Source: Squalus acanthias (taxonomy: Eukaryota). Taken from it: a stretch of DNA of 64,000 nt. The stretch covers positions 125,242,001 through 125,306,000 of the forward strand of contig CM059431.1 in the NCBI GenBank assembly GCA_030390025.1, in the 5' to 3' direction. A program made the translations under genes and the position numbers. This document shows positions 51,346 through 63,784 of the stretch, one piece after another; the first letter of the stretch is position 1; every line of letters starts with the position of its first letter. Below the pieces are notes generated by a model, which worked only from the letters and a program-made list of their open reading frames with translations, did no database searches and was not told the DNA's origin.

Positions 51346-52963
51346 TGTAAAGTTTCGCAATTATCGCGATTCAAAATAACATAAGAGAAGCAGATTCGTT
51401 TGATCAGTTTTATTAAACGAAATGCTGTCCTGATAATAAAGGACACAGAAGCCTGTAAAATGGCCGCCGCGCATCGTGGCAGAAGCTTCCAGAAACACAG
51501 TGGGCAGACAAGATGGCGTCGAATATACATTCAGTATAAGATTGGATCATACTCGGTAAACACTGATAACGACAGGATGCAACCCGTTTGCATTTGGAAC
51601 AATAGCAAAGATATAAGTGCTGGAATCGTTTTCCTATGCACAGTAAGGATCATTGTACTGGGCAATCGAAGGCCCATCCAGACACATCAATACACAAATA
51701 CCCCCCCCGGCTCTACAATGAGAGAGACATTGACGGGTGATTAAGTCAGCATTCGGGGGGCCCCAAAACCAGTCAGGGAGACGATTCATACACATCCTGG
51801 CTGGTCCAACAATGGGGAAAACATTAACGGATAGTTGGCCAGTTCCAGGTGCCACCGAAACCCGTTAAAGAAGATAATCGCCCCATGCTGGGAGTTTTGA
51901 GCGCCAAATATTACACAAAGGACAAACATTAAGATTTGAGCGGGAGATAAGCGGACACATCACTATAACTATAGAGAACAAATGTCCATCGGTCTCTTAT
52001 TCGCTTGCCTCTTCATGAACTCACTTGAATTGTGGGCTCTTGATTTTCTCTCTGGACTTTATTGACTCTTGACTCTTAGCCGTACTGGTCGGTTATTCGA
52101 GTGTTGGGTGGAGCTCAATCGGTACGAGCCGCCCCGACAAGGGCAAGTAACAGGGTACACCATCCCGAGTGTCGGTAAATGGTGTCTGGACCCGGAGGCC
52201 CGAGAAAACGAGACGAGAAGAAGACGAGAAGAAATTCCACATGCCGCCACGGTCAGTAAACCCCGACCGCGCCCGAAAATATAAATACAGGACTCTTCTT
52301 TGAGTTCTACCGACTACAACCTGTGTCGATCACAGGAAGACTCTTCTTTGAATTTTATCCGAGTTCCGTCGAGTTCTTCATGACAACAGGGAGTCTGGCC
52401 TGCTTTTCGCAGCAGTGAAAGTAAACAAGTGGGGTGCAGAGACCCTTCCAAACACGTGACAGTCAGGCGCTGCAGCGAAACGATTTGAGTGCCCCACTTT
52501 AAAATCTCCGAAGTAACACGAGTGGTGAGCATGTTTTCCGATCCTACAAATCTAGACGTAGTGTAGGTAGTGTTAAGGGAGGGTGGTTTTTAATAAGGTT
52601 AAGGTATAATGTGTTCCCCTTTCTACGATGTGCCGTGTGTTCTCCATTTCCATAGACCAAGCTTTATGAATGTATGTATACTTGTACTCTCTTTGATTTG
52701 CGCCTATGACATGTATTTCATGATTTTAGACGCCATGCAATAAAGATTTCCATTTCGTACTATTCAACCGAGTCTATTTGAGTTTTTCCCTGCATTACTG
52801 CTCCCTGCATCTAAGTCCAGTGTTAGAACCGTAAGGGCGAGTGGGTCGAACCACTCACAGGTGCTTATTGCAAAAAGGCTGGCCGGAGACCAGAGCAAGC
52901 AATAGTATTAGGCAACGAAGGCCTAACCTCGCACCAGCACCGTCTGAGACACGCCCCCTTACA
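51346..52963 (+). mobile_element. Solo LTR, family A (1618 bp)
   Basis: TGTA...TACA; exact TSD TGGT (51342-51345 / 52964-52967). Confidence 0.92.
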
Positions 52964-53071
52964 TGGTAGAGGTCGTGGGTTTGGGAGGTGCTGCCGAAGA
53001 AGCCTTGGCAAGTTGCTGCAGTTCATCTTGTACACACTGCAGCCACGGTATGCCAGTGGTGGAGAGAGTAA

Positions 53072-53844
53072 GGGGGAAAAATTCAGCTGCTTGCGCCTCC
53101 CGTTAGCGCCTTAAGAGGGCGCTAATGGGGCGTAAAGCAGCTAACGCCCGGGCGCAGCGCCGCCCACGCCTCCCGAAAAATTTAGTGGGAGGTTAGCGGC
53201 GGCGGCAGCCGGTAGCGCCCTGTGGCGCTGCGCCGCCGGCGATGACGTCATCGCCGTGCACAGCACCCCGCTCGCGCCCCGGCCGTGATCTTCAGTCGCG
53301 CCCCCTGATTTACCGCCAGACGCTATGTCCGACGGGTTCAGGGAGGCGTACGTGCGGCCGGGGCGGCGATATTTAAAGGGGAGGTGGCAGGCGGCCATTT
53401 TTGTTGCTGGCCGCCTGCCAGCACCTGCCCCCGTTGCTGTCCCCGGCCCCCGTGAAGCCCCCCCACCGTGAAGTGCCGGCTGCGCTCCAAGAGCCCGGCA
53501 CTTCTCTTGAGTGCCGGGCTCTTTTGCCGGCACTCCCGATCCCTGGGGGCCCAGCTGGGCCCCGGTTCGCGCTGCGCAGGGTCCCTCCCCTTTAAGAAGG
53601 GGAGGAAGGCCTGCAATACCGCGGCGCGACGTGCCGCAGCGCGTGGCGCTGCGGCACGTAGCGCCAGGATATTCACTCGCAGCGCCCCAAGAGGGATGCG
53701 GGGTGCTTCCAGTGGCGCCCCGCTTCCCTCTTGGGGCGCAACCACTGAAGTTCCGGCGCGGGGCCGCTAATTTTTTCGGGGCGCTAAAAGTCGCGCCCCG
53801 GCGAGGTTAGCGCCCCAAATGGGGCGCGACTCAATTTTTACCCC
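53072..53844. mobile_element. Young CpG-rich Harbinger MITE (773 bp)
   Basis: TIR gggggaaaaattcag / ctcaatttttacccc; canonical TAA TSD; subterminal sequence matches the reverse complement of 26095-26148. Confidence 0.93.
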
Positions 53845-56015
53845 TAAATGTTTAAGGTGGTGGATGAGGTGCGAATCAAGTGGGCTGCTTTGTCCTGAAT
53901 GCTGTTGAGCTTCTTGAGTGTTGTTGGAGCTGCACTCATCCAGGCAAGTGGAGAGTATTCCATCACACTCCTTACTTGTGCCTTGTAGACGGTGAAAAGG
54001 CTTTGGGGAGTAAGGAGGTTAGGCACTCGCTGCAGAATACCCAGCCTCTCACCTACTCTTGTTGCCAAATTGGTTATGTGGCTGGTCCAGTTAAGTTTCT
54101 GGTCAATAGCTACCCTAGGATGTTGATGGTGGGGGATTCGGCGATGGTAATGCCGTTGAATGTCAAGGGGCGGTGGATAGACAATCGCTTTTTGGAGATA
54201 GTCATTGTCTGGCACTTGTGTGGTGCGAATATTATTTGCCACTTATCAGGCCAAGCCTGAATGTTATCCAGGTCTTGTTGCATGCGGGCATGGACTGCTT
54301 CAATTATTTGAGGAGTTGCGAATGGAACTGAACATTGTGCAATCATCAGCGAACATCCCCACTTCTAACCTTGTGATGGAGGGAAGGTCATTGATGAAGC
54401 AGCTGAAGATGATTGGGCCTAGGACACTGCCCTGAGGAATTCCTGCAGCGATGTCCTGGGGCTGAGATGATTGACCTTCAATCACCACAACCATCTTCCT
54501 TTGTGCTAGGTATGACACCAGCCAGTGGATAGTTTTCCCCCGATTCCCATTGACTTCAATTTTACTAGGGCTCCTTGATGCCATATTCAGTCAAATGCTG
54601 CCTTGATATCAAGGGCAGTCACTATCACCTCACCTCTGGAATTCAGCTCTTTTGTCCATGTTTGGTCCAAGGCTGTAATGAGGTCTGGATATGAGTGGTC
54701 CTGGCGGAACCCAAACTGAGCATCGGTGAGAAGGTTGTTGGTGAGTAAGTGCTGCTTGATAGCACTGTCGACGTCACCTTCCATCACTTTGCTGATGATT
54801 GAGAATAGACTGATGGGACGGTAATTGGTCGGGTTGGATTTGTCCTGTTTTTTGTGGACAGGACATACCTGGGCAGTTTTCCACATTGTCGGATAGATGC
54901 CAGTGTTGTAGTTGTACTGGAACAGCTTGGCTAGAGGCGGGGCTAGTTCTGGAGCACAAGTCTTCAGCACGATAGCCGGGATGTTGTCAGGGCCCATAGC
55001 CTTTGCTGTATCCAGTGCGCTCAGCTGTTTCTTGATATCATGTGAAGTGAATCAAATTGGCTGGACATTGAAGACCCAGAGTATATTCTGTGCCCTTGCT
55101 ACCCTCAGTGCTTCTTCCAAGAGGTGTTCAACATGGAGGAGTACTGATTCATCAGCTGTGGGAGGGTGGTAGGTGGTAATCAGCAGGAGGTTTCCTTGCC
55201 CATGCTTGACCTGAAGCCATGAGACTTCATGGGGTCGAGAGTCAACGTTGAGCACTCCCAGGGTGACTCCCTCCCGACTGTATACCACTGTGCTGCCACT
55301 TCTGGTGGGTTTGTCATGCCGGTGGGACAGGACATACTCAGGGATGGTGCTGGAGGAGTCTGGGACATTGACTGAAAGGTATGATTCTGTGAGTATGACT
55401 ATGTCAGGCTGTTGCTTGACTAGTTAATGGGACAGCTCTCCCAATTTTGGCACAAGTCCCCAGATGTTAGTGAGGAGGACTTTGCAGGGTCGACTGGGCT
55501 GTGTGTGCCATTAGAAGGATCATCAAATGAGGCCATATGGGGTTAACTGAAAAACTAAAAAGGGGCAATCACACTGCTGAGAGTGTACTTTTGACCTCTG
55601 AACAGTCAGAGGGAGATAGAAGAGCAAATATGTAGGCAAATTTCTGAGATGTGCAAAAATAGGGCAGTAATAGTAGGGGATTTCAACTTCCCTAATATTA
55701 ATTGGGATAAAATTAGTGTGAAAGGTATAGTGGGAGCAGAATTCTTAAAATGCATTCAGGAGAACTTTTTTAGCCAGTACGTAGCAAGCCCAACAAGAGA
55801 GGAGGCAGTTCTGGACCTTGTTTTATGGAATGAAGCTGGGCAGGTGGAAAGGGTATCAGTGGGAGAGCATATTGGTGGTAGTGATCATAATTCAGTTAGA
55901 TTTAGGGTAGTTATGGAAAAGGACAAGGACAGACCAGGAATAAAAGTTCTCAGTTGGGGAAAAGATAATTTTACTAAACTGAGAGATGATTTAGCCAAAG
56001 TGGACTGGAGACAGA

Positions 56016-57466
56016 GCGCTGGATTTTGCCAGCGCTCAGAAGGTGGGTTTGGAGGCGGGTCAATGGTTAAAATCATTTTGATTGACGGCGGGTTGCGATC
56101 CCGCCGTCAACCTGTCTCGAAACAATTTTCCCAAGTGTCGGGTCCCCGATTTGCGAATGGACTCGACACCTAGCGGCGGGAAGAGGATTAAAGGCAATTA
56201 CCTGCCTATTAACAGGTACCTGCCAGTATTTGACAGTCTATTTTTGAATTTTGCTGCTTCTAGCTCGGGTTTCCCGATGTCCGGACACCACGCCAGGTAA
56301 GTGTAGCGTGTTGTGAGTCTGCTGTATGTTTCTGGATTGATGACAGCTGCAGAAGTGGTGTGAAGGATCCAATGCTGCACATGGTGAGACTCAGAGGAAA
56401 GAAAATGTTGGGAACTGCATTTTTAATACATTTACACTTTTCTTCAGGTTACAAGTTTTTATATTCATGTCCAGTGCCACCTCATTGGGAGAACCTCTCT
56501 CACCAGTGACAGATCGCTTCTGCCACCTCACCTGCAGCTGCCATCTAATCCAGCCTGTGGAGGGAGTCATTGGAGAGCCTTGGTGTAAGAGGTCACCTTT
56601 GTGCAGTGATTGTCAGGGGGCGGGTTTGAAGGCAGGACATCCGGCAAAATCGCAAAGATTGACAGTGGGTCAGAAACCCGCTGTCAACCCGCCTCCAGAC
56701 AATCTTCCCAGGTGCCGAGTCCCCGATTTGCGCATGGACCCGACACCTAGCGGCGGGAAGAGGATTATAGCCACTTAACTGCTTGTTAACAGGTTGTTAA
56801 CAGGCAGTTAAGAGGCTTTTCGCAATTTTCACAGGTCTATTGTGGGCTTCCTGACATCCGGACACCATGCCAGGTAAGTGTGGTGTGCTGTGGGTCTACT
56901 GTAATGTTTCTGCATTGATGACAGCTGCAGAAGTGGTGTGAAGGATCCAATGGTACACTGGTGAGTTTCAGAGGTAAGAAAATGTTGGGAAAATCATTTT
57001 TAATGCATTTACACTTTTCTGTAGGTGACAAGTTTTGGATTGTGTGTGTAGTCCCACCTCATTGGGAGAACCTCTCTCACCAGTGACATCACTTCTGTAA
57101 CCTCACCTGCAGCTGCCATCTGTTTTAGCTTAAGGAGGGAGTCACTTGAGAGCCTGGGTTCAAGGGCTCACCTTTGTACAGTGATTGTCAGTGTTTGCAG
57201 CACCTCAATGCTGTCAAACACTGAGAAATCAACTTCCAAAATAAAATTGTGCGTGGTCCTTTTAAGGAAACCAGCAGGTGATGTGTCATCGAATGATGTC
57301 ATCTGACCCGCTTCCTCTTAGTTGGCCGGCAAGCCCGCAGGGCGGGCTTAACAAGGTGAATCAAGGCAAAATCACGTCTGTGGGCCGGATGCAACTGGGG
57401 GCGTTACTGGGAGCCGGAAACCACCTGACCCGCACCAAACCCGCCTCCATTAATAAAATCGGGCCC
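56016..57466. mobile_element. Non-autonomous Harbinger-type element with internal tandem duplication
   Basis: TIR gcgctggatttt / aaaatcgggccc; TSD AGA; CR1 frame contiguous on removal; ~56040-56615 repeated at ~56620-57195. Confidence 0.85.
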
Positions 57467-58541
57467 AGAAACTTGAAGGTAAATCAGTGTCAGAGCAGTG
57501 GGAGGCATTCAAGGAGGAGATAGTGAGGGTTCAGAGCAAGTATGTTCCCTTAAAGGAAAAGGGTGGGACTAACAAATCTAGAGCTCACTGGATGTCAAGG
57601 GGCATACAGGGAAGGATAAAGTAAAAAAGGGAAGCTTATGACAGATACCGAGGACTCAATACTGCAGAAAGCCGAGAGGAGTATAAAAAGTGCAGGGGTG
57701 AAATCTAAAAGGAAATTAGGAAAGCAAAGAGAGGGCATGAAAAAATATTGGCAAGTAAAATCAAGGAAAACCCAAAGATGTTTTATAAATACATTAAGAG
57801 CAAGAGGATAACTAAAGTAAGAGTAGGGCCTATTAGGGATCATAAAGGTAACCTGTGTGTGGAAGCGGAAGACATGGGTATGGTTCTTAATGAATACATT
57901 GCGTCTGTTTTCACAAAAGTGAGGGACGATGCAATGAGGGAGGAGGAATGTGAAATATTAGATGAAATAAACATAGTGAAAGAGGAAGTATTAAGGGGTT
58001 TAGCATCTTTGAAAGTGGATAAATCCCCAGGCCCGGCTGAAATGAATCCCAGACTGTTAAGAGAAGTAAGAGAGGAAATAGCAGAGGCTCTGACCATCAT
58101 TTTCCAATCCTCTCTGGCTACAGGTGTGGTGCCAGAGGACTGGAGAACTGCTAACATGGTACCGTTGTTTAAAAAGAGAGAAAGGGATAGACCGAGTAAT
58201 TATTGGCCAGTTAGCCTAACTTCAGTGGTGGGAAAATTATTGGAAAAAATTCTGAGGGACAGGATAAATCTTCATTTAGAAAGACACAGATTAATCAGGG
58301 ACAGTCAGCATAGATTTGTTAAGGGAAGGTCGTGTCTGACTAACTTGATTGAATTTTTTGAGGAGGCAACAAGGAGGGTCGATGAGAGTAGTGCATTTGA
58401 TGTAGTCTATATGGATTTTAGCAAGGCTTTTGATAAGATCCCGCATGGCAGACTGGTCACGAAAGTAAAAGCCCATGGGATCCAAGGCAAAGTGGCAAGT
58501 TGGATCTAAAATTGGCTCAGAGGCAGGAAACAAAGGGTAAT

Positions 58542-59514
58542 AGAAACATAGAAACATAGAAAATAGGTGCAGGAGTAGACCATTCGGTCCTTCGAGCCTG
58601 CACCGCCATTTAATGCGTTCATGGCTGAACATGCTACCTCAGTACCCCATTCCTGCTTTCTCGCCATACCCCTTGATCCCCCTAGTTGTGAGTATTATAT
58701 CTAACTCCCTTTTGAATATATTTAGCGAACTGGCCTCAACAACCTTCTGTGGTAGAGAATTCCACAGATTCACCACTCTCTGGGTGAAGAAGTTCCTCCT
58801 CATCTCAGTCTTAAATGGCTTCCCCTTTATCCTTAGACTGTGACCCCTGGTTTTAGTTTTCCCTAACATTGGAAACATTCTGCCCGCATCTAATTTGTCG
58901 AAACCAGTCAGGATTTTAAACGTCTCTATAAGATCCCCCCTCATTCTTCTGAACTCCAGAGGATACAAGTTCAGTTGATCCAGTCTTCTTGATATGTCAG
59001 TCTGGCCATCCAGGAATCAATCTAGTGAACCTTCGTTGCACTCCCTCAATAGCAAGAATGTCCTTCCTCAAGTTAGGAGACCAAAACTGCACACAATACT
59101 CCAGGTGTGGCCTCAGCAAGGCCCTGTACAACTGTAGCATTACCTCCCTACTCCTGTACTCAAATCTCCTTGCTATGAAGGCCATCATGCCATTTGCTTT
59201 CTTGACTGCCTGCTGCACTTACCTTCCCACCTTCAGTGACTGATGTACCATGACGCCCAGGTCTCGTTGCACCTCCCCTTTCCCTAATCTGCCACCATTC
59301 AGGTAATAGTCTGCCTCCCTATTTTTACCACCAAAGTGGATAACCTCACATTTATCCACATTGTACTTCATCTGCCATACATTTGCCCATTCACCCAACC
59401 TGTCCAAGTCACTCTGTAGCCTCCTAGCATCCTCCTCATTGTTCACACTGCCTCCCAATTTAGTGTCATCTGCAAATTTGGAGATATTACAATTAATCCC
59501 TTCGTCCAAATCAT
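58542..59514 (-). mobile_element. Second CR1 (5'-truncated) inserted antisense into CR1
   Basis: (agaaacat)n tail; flanked by TAAT (58538-58541 / 59515-59518); ISKFADDTKLGG, LYRALLRPHLEYC. Confidence 0.92.
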
Positions 59515-60564
59515 TAATGGTCGAAGGGCGTTTTTGTGACTGGAAGGCTGTTTCCAGTGGGGTTCCGCAGGGCTCAGTACTGGGTCCTTTGCTTTTTGTG
59601 GTATATATCATTGATTTGGACTGGAATGTAGGAAGTAAGAAGTTTGCAGATGATACAAAAATTGGCGGTGTGGTTGATAATGAAGAAGAAAGCTGCTGAC
59701 TGCAGAAAGATATCAATGGACTGGTCAGGTGGGCAGAACAGTGGCAAATGGAATTCAATCTGGAGAAGTGTGAGGTAATGCATTTGGGGAGGGCTAACAA
59801 GGCAAGGGAATACACTATAAATGGTAGGACACTGAGAAGTGTAAAAGATCAGAGGGACATTGGAGTGCATGTCCACATATCCCTGAAGGTAGCAGGACAG
59901 GTAGATAAGGTGGTTAAGAAGGCATACGGGTTACTTGCCTTTATTAGCCGAGGCATAGATTATAAGATCAGCGAGGTTATGCTTGAAGTGTATAAAACAC
60001 TAGTTAGGCCACAAATAGAATACTGTGTGCAGTTCTGGTCCCCACATTACAGGAAGGGTGTGATTGCACTAGAGGGGGTGCAGAGGAGATTTACGAGGAT
60101 GTTGCCTGGGCTGGGGAATTTTAGCTATGAGGAAGATTGGGATAGGCTGGGGTTGTCTTCTTTGGAACGGAGGAGGCTGAGGGGAGACCTAATTGAGGTT
60201 TTTAAAATTATGAGGGGCCTAGATAGAGTGGATAGGAAGGACCTATTTCCCTTAGCAGAAGGGTCAATAACCAGGGGGCATAGATTTAAAGTAATTGGTC
60301 AGAGGTTGAGAGGGGATTTGAGGAGAAATTTCTTCAGCCAGAGGGTGGTGGGGGTCAGGAACTCACTGCCTGAAAGGGTGGTAGAGGCAGAGACCCTCAT
60401 CACATTTAAAAAGTACTTGGATATGCACTTGAAGTGCCGCAACTTACAAGGCTACGGACCAAGTGCTGGAAAGTGAGATTAGGGTGGATAGCTCTTTGTC
60501 GGCCGGCACAGACAAGATAGGCCGAATGACCTCTTTCTGTGCTGTAAATTTCAATGATTCCATG

Positions 60565-60947
60565 ATTTTCCACGGCTGAAGCCATTGCCTAGGTCGATGC
60601 CAGGTGGTCCGTCCAGTTTTTTTATTATTATAGCGGTTTGTTGCAATTGAGGGCAGTTAAGAGTCAACCACATTGCTGTGGGTCTGAAGTCACATATAGG
60701 CCAGACCAGGTTAGGACGGCAGATTTCCTTCCGCAAAGGACAGTAGTGAACCTGATTGTTTTTTACAACAATCTGATAGTTTCATGGTCACCATTACTGA
60801 TACTAGCTTTTTATTCCAGTTTTATTTAATTAATTGAATTTAAATTCCCAGCTGCCATGGTGGGATTTGAACTCACGTCTAACCAGATCATTAGTCCAGG
60901 CCTATGGATTACTAGTCCAGTAACATAACCACTATGCTATTGTTCCC
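60565..60947 (-). mobile_element. tRNA-derived SINE
   Basis: On - strand: A-box-like tagcatagtgg and B-box-like gagttcaaatcc; homologous to 63184-63581. Confidence 0.75.
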
Positions 60948-63784
60948 GGAGCCACCTTACCAAACCAGAGGGTTGCTACATAGCTCATGACTCCGGTGTG
61001 CAGCCCATGCGGGCAGCAAGCATACGACGAAAGCCACGCTGCCCTCTAGCGAGCTGGCACCTGCACTACCCTTGCCCCCTGCCCTGGCTGCAGGCCACTC
61101 TTGCCCAGTGTCTCACCACCTGCAGATCCCGCCTCGAAGCTATCCTCTAAATTACGCGCAGTGTCTATACCTGAGCTGATGGCTGCGAGTATGAAATCGA
61201 GTGACGACGTCTCTTCATCCTCACTGCCTTCTTCCTCTTCCACCGCAGCCTGGCCACGGTGCAGTTCTTGGGTATCTGAAAGGAGAAAGGCACAAGGGTA
61301 GGGTTGTGGTGCGGTGAGGAGGGAAATTAAGAGGTGCCTGCTTACACCATCTGCAGCTTTTAAATCAAAAGACATTGTGGGATGAGAGGGAAGTGGGATG
61401 TGAGAAGGAGGATAAGGTATGAGGATACCGTCATCTCCGATAGTTTTAGCCCCGTGGCTGGCCATGGCGTCAGCGATGGCCGCACCAACGATAGCGACCA
61501 CTGTCTCCTCCATAAGGGTAAGGACATGCAGCTATACCTGTCCTCTGCCGGTTTGCTCCTGTTGCCTCCAGCTATTGAATTTTGCCCCCCTAGGGCTTTA
61601 CTCAAGGGTGTTTTTTTTAATTTCTCTCAGTTCAGTATGAAGTGTGATGAAGCATCTTTGTAAAGTAAACATTTTTTCCTTGGATTGCTGTTGGTTTTGA
61701 TATTCTTAGTCATGTAAGGGCAACATCCATGAAGTTGGACTGTATGAGGGCATTCAGGTGGTAGGTGAATGGAGGGACGGTTGGTGCATTGGGGAGAGGA
61801 GGGAACATGCATGAGAATCTCAATGATTTGGTGCCAGAGAGCTCTGGCAGCTGACATCACTGCCGGACCTTGCTCTTCCTCTGCAGCTTCAGCTTCCTGA
61901 TCCCTTCTTCCTGCTCTTGTGGCTCCAACAATTGCTCCCTTTCCAAGGTGAAGTTGTGCAGCAAGCAGCACACACTGACAAATCTTGACACTAGCTCCAG
62001 GTTATTTTGAAGCAAACCTCCAGATCTGTTGAGGCATCAGAATCTTCACTTGCTCTGTGAGAGCCCTGGTCTGGTGTGACTCTCATTTTATGTATGCTGT
62101 GCATCTGTGGAATCATGAGCCTGGTGTTCAGAGGACAGCCTTTGTCCTCAAGCAGCCAGCCTAACACCCGACAGTCTGGGTGGAAGAGATTCGGTATTGA
62201 GGACTGACGTAGGATGAGGCCATCAGGACTACTGCCAGGATACCAGTCACAGACCTGCATAAATCATTGCCTATGGTCGCAGATAGGTTGTTCATTTAAC
62301 AAATTAAATCCCTTCCTGTTGCAGTAGAGGGTTTGGTCTTGTACAGGAGCACACAGAGCCACATCGATGCAGTTTATGACCCCCTCCACCTAAGGAGGTC
62401 CAGAAACTCTTGCAAACCCCACTGCACTCTCCTCCTGCTTGGCAGCCTCCATTGGTGATGAATTCCTGGCAGCTAGCAAACAGTGCATCTGTGACCCCCT
62501 TGTTTGCATTGTGCGCAGCAAACTGAGAAATGCTACTGATGTCACCTGCTCAATGTTGTAAGGAGCCCAATGCAGAAAGGTTCAGGGTCAGTGAGCTTCA
62601 CAGCCACAGGCAGTGCTGTGGACACCCTGGTGCAGGGCTGCAATTTGTGGTTCAGCAGGTGGCAGAGGTAAGGCACTACCTCCTTGGGGAAACGGAGCCG
62701 CTGGATGCACTGCTCCTCTGTAAAGTTGAGGTAGGTAATCCAGTTCCTGTGCACCCTCATGGTGTAAGGCTTCCTTCGCCTTCCCTCCTTTTGCTCTCTT
62801 CCAGCAGCCTGTACAGCCCTCTGCGGTCTTTCTTGCTGCTGTTGCCATTGTCCCTGCTCCTCATGTCATAACCCCAAAGGCAGATCAAACAGAATACTTA
62901 TGTTCCAACAATGTTGGGAAGGCAATCCTTGGACAGAGTGCAGGACCTCCCAAAAATCACACTTTGAGTTCAGGTCAGTGAAACAGCAGCTGAAACAAAC
63001 ATCAGTACCACACTCTGCAGTAACCTAACAACTCCAAACAGAGACTTACCTTAATGGAGGTGAGTATCCCTTTAAATAACACTTCTGGAGCATGCTTCCT
63101 GACTGTTAAGCCAATAACTTCCAGGTCAAGGTTAAGGCCCAGCGAATCAGGTGCTTCCACACACAAATTTAAGAAACAGGTCCTTATTTTTTTTCATTCA
63201 TTGGATGTGGGTGTCACTGACAAGGTCAGCATTTATTGCCCATCCCTAATTGCCCTTAGAAAGTGGTGGTGAGTCACCTTATACAAATGAGTGGCTTGCC
63301 AGGCCATTTCAGAGGGAAGTTAAGAGTCAACCACACTATGGGACTGGAGTCACATATAGGCCAGTATTTACTTCCCTAAAGGACATTAGTGAACCAGATG
63401 AGTTTTTACGACAATCTGGTAGTTTCATGGTCACCATTACTGATCCTAGCTTTTTATTCCAGATTTATTTAATTAACTGAATTAAAATTGTCTAGCTGCC
63501 GTGATAGGATTGGAATTCATGTCTCCAGATCATTACTCCAGATTACTAGTCCAGTAACATAACCACTATGCTACCATACCCTATGATTAGGCACAGGACC
63601 CTCATTTTAATATTTAAACCAAAACTGTGCTTCTTGCTGGCCGCCTAAAAAATCTCAGGACAAATTTAGCTGTGGCACAGGTGCACATGCAAATTGGGCG
63701 CGGGAAATCGCACTGCTAAATTCGTCATTGTTGCACTTGTTTCACGCCTGAGAAACAGGCGCAACTTTGTGGAATTTAGACCCC
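60948..63784 (-). mobile_element. Decayed Harbinger (transposase ~62900-61830 and Myb exons ~61590-60950, both -), interrupted by a SINE
   Basis: YLNFTEEQCIQRLRFPKEVV, YPGSSPDGLILRQSS, WLLEDKGCP; MEETVVAIVG exon; terminal ggaatttagacccc. Confidence 0.8.
63184..63581 (-). mobile_element. tRNA-derived SINE with LINE-derived 3' tail
   Basis: tRNA-like head at ~63500-63581; 63190-63275 matches the 3' end of the LINE at 50950-51020. Confidence 0.8.

Larger units (their letters stand above)
50943..55510 (-). mobile_element. APE-RT non-LTR retrotransposon (CR1/Jockey-group-like, distinct from the canonical CR1 copies), interrupted by a solo LTR and a MITE
   Basis: GPDNIP..LKTCAPELA, NYRPISL.SIISKVME, QFGFR, ALDIKAAFD, PQGSVLGP, FADDCT, YKAQVRSVMEY; endonuclease remnants at ~55050-55400; 3' end ttcgttcacgggatgtggg. 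Confidence 0.85.
55512..60562 (+). mobile_element. Long CR1 LINE (endonuclease to 3' end) with two insertions
   Basis: VGDFNFPNINW, GSDHNSV, KSPGP, YMDFSKAFDKIPH, GVPQGSVLGP, KFADDTK; tail ttcaatgattccatgatt. Confidence 0.93.

Noticed and set aside
53141..53810. GC-rich ORFs / CpG-island promoter
   Set aside because: Entirely inside a TIR/TSD-defined MITE; ORFs reflect stop-codon scarcity.
63500..63581. tRNA gene
   Set aside because: Degenerate SINE head; no complete cloverleaf.
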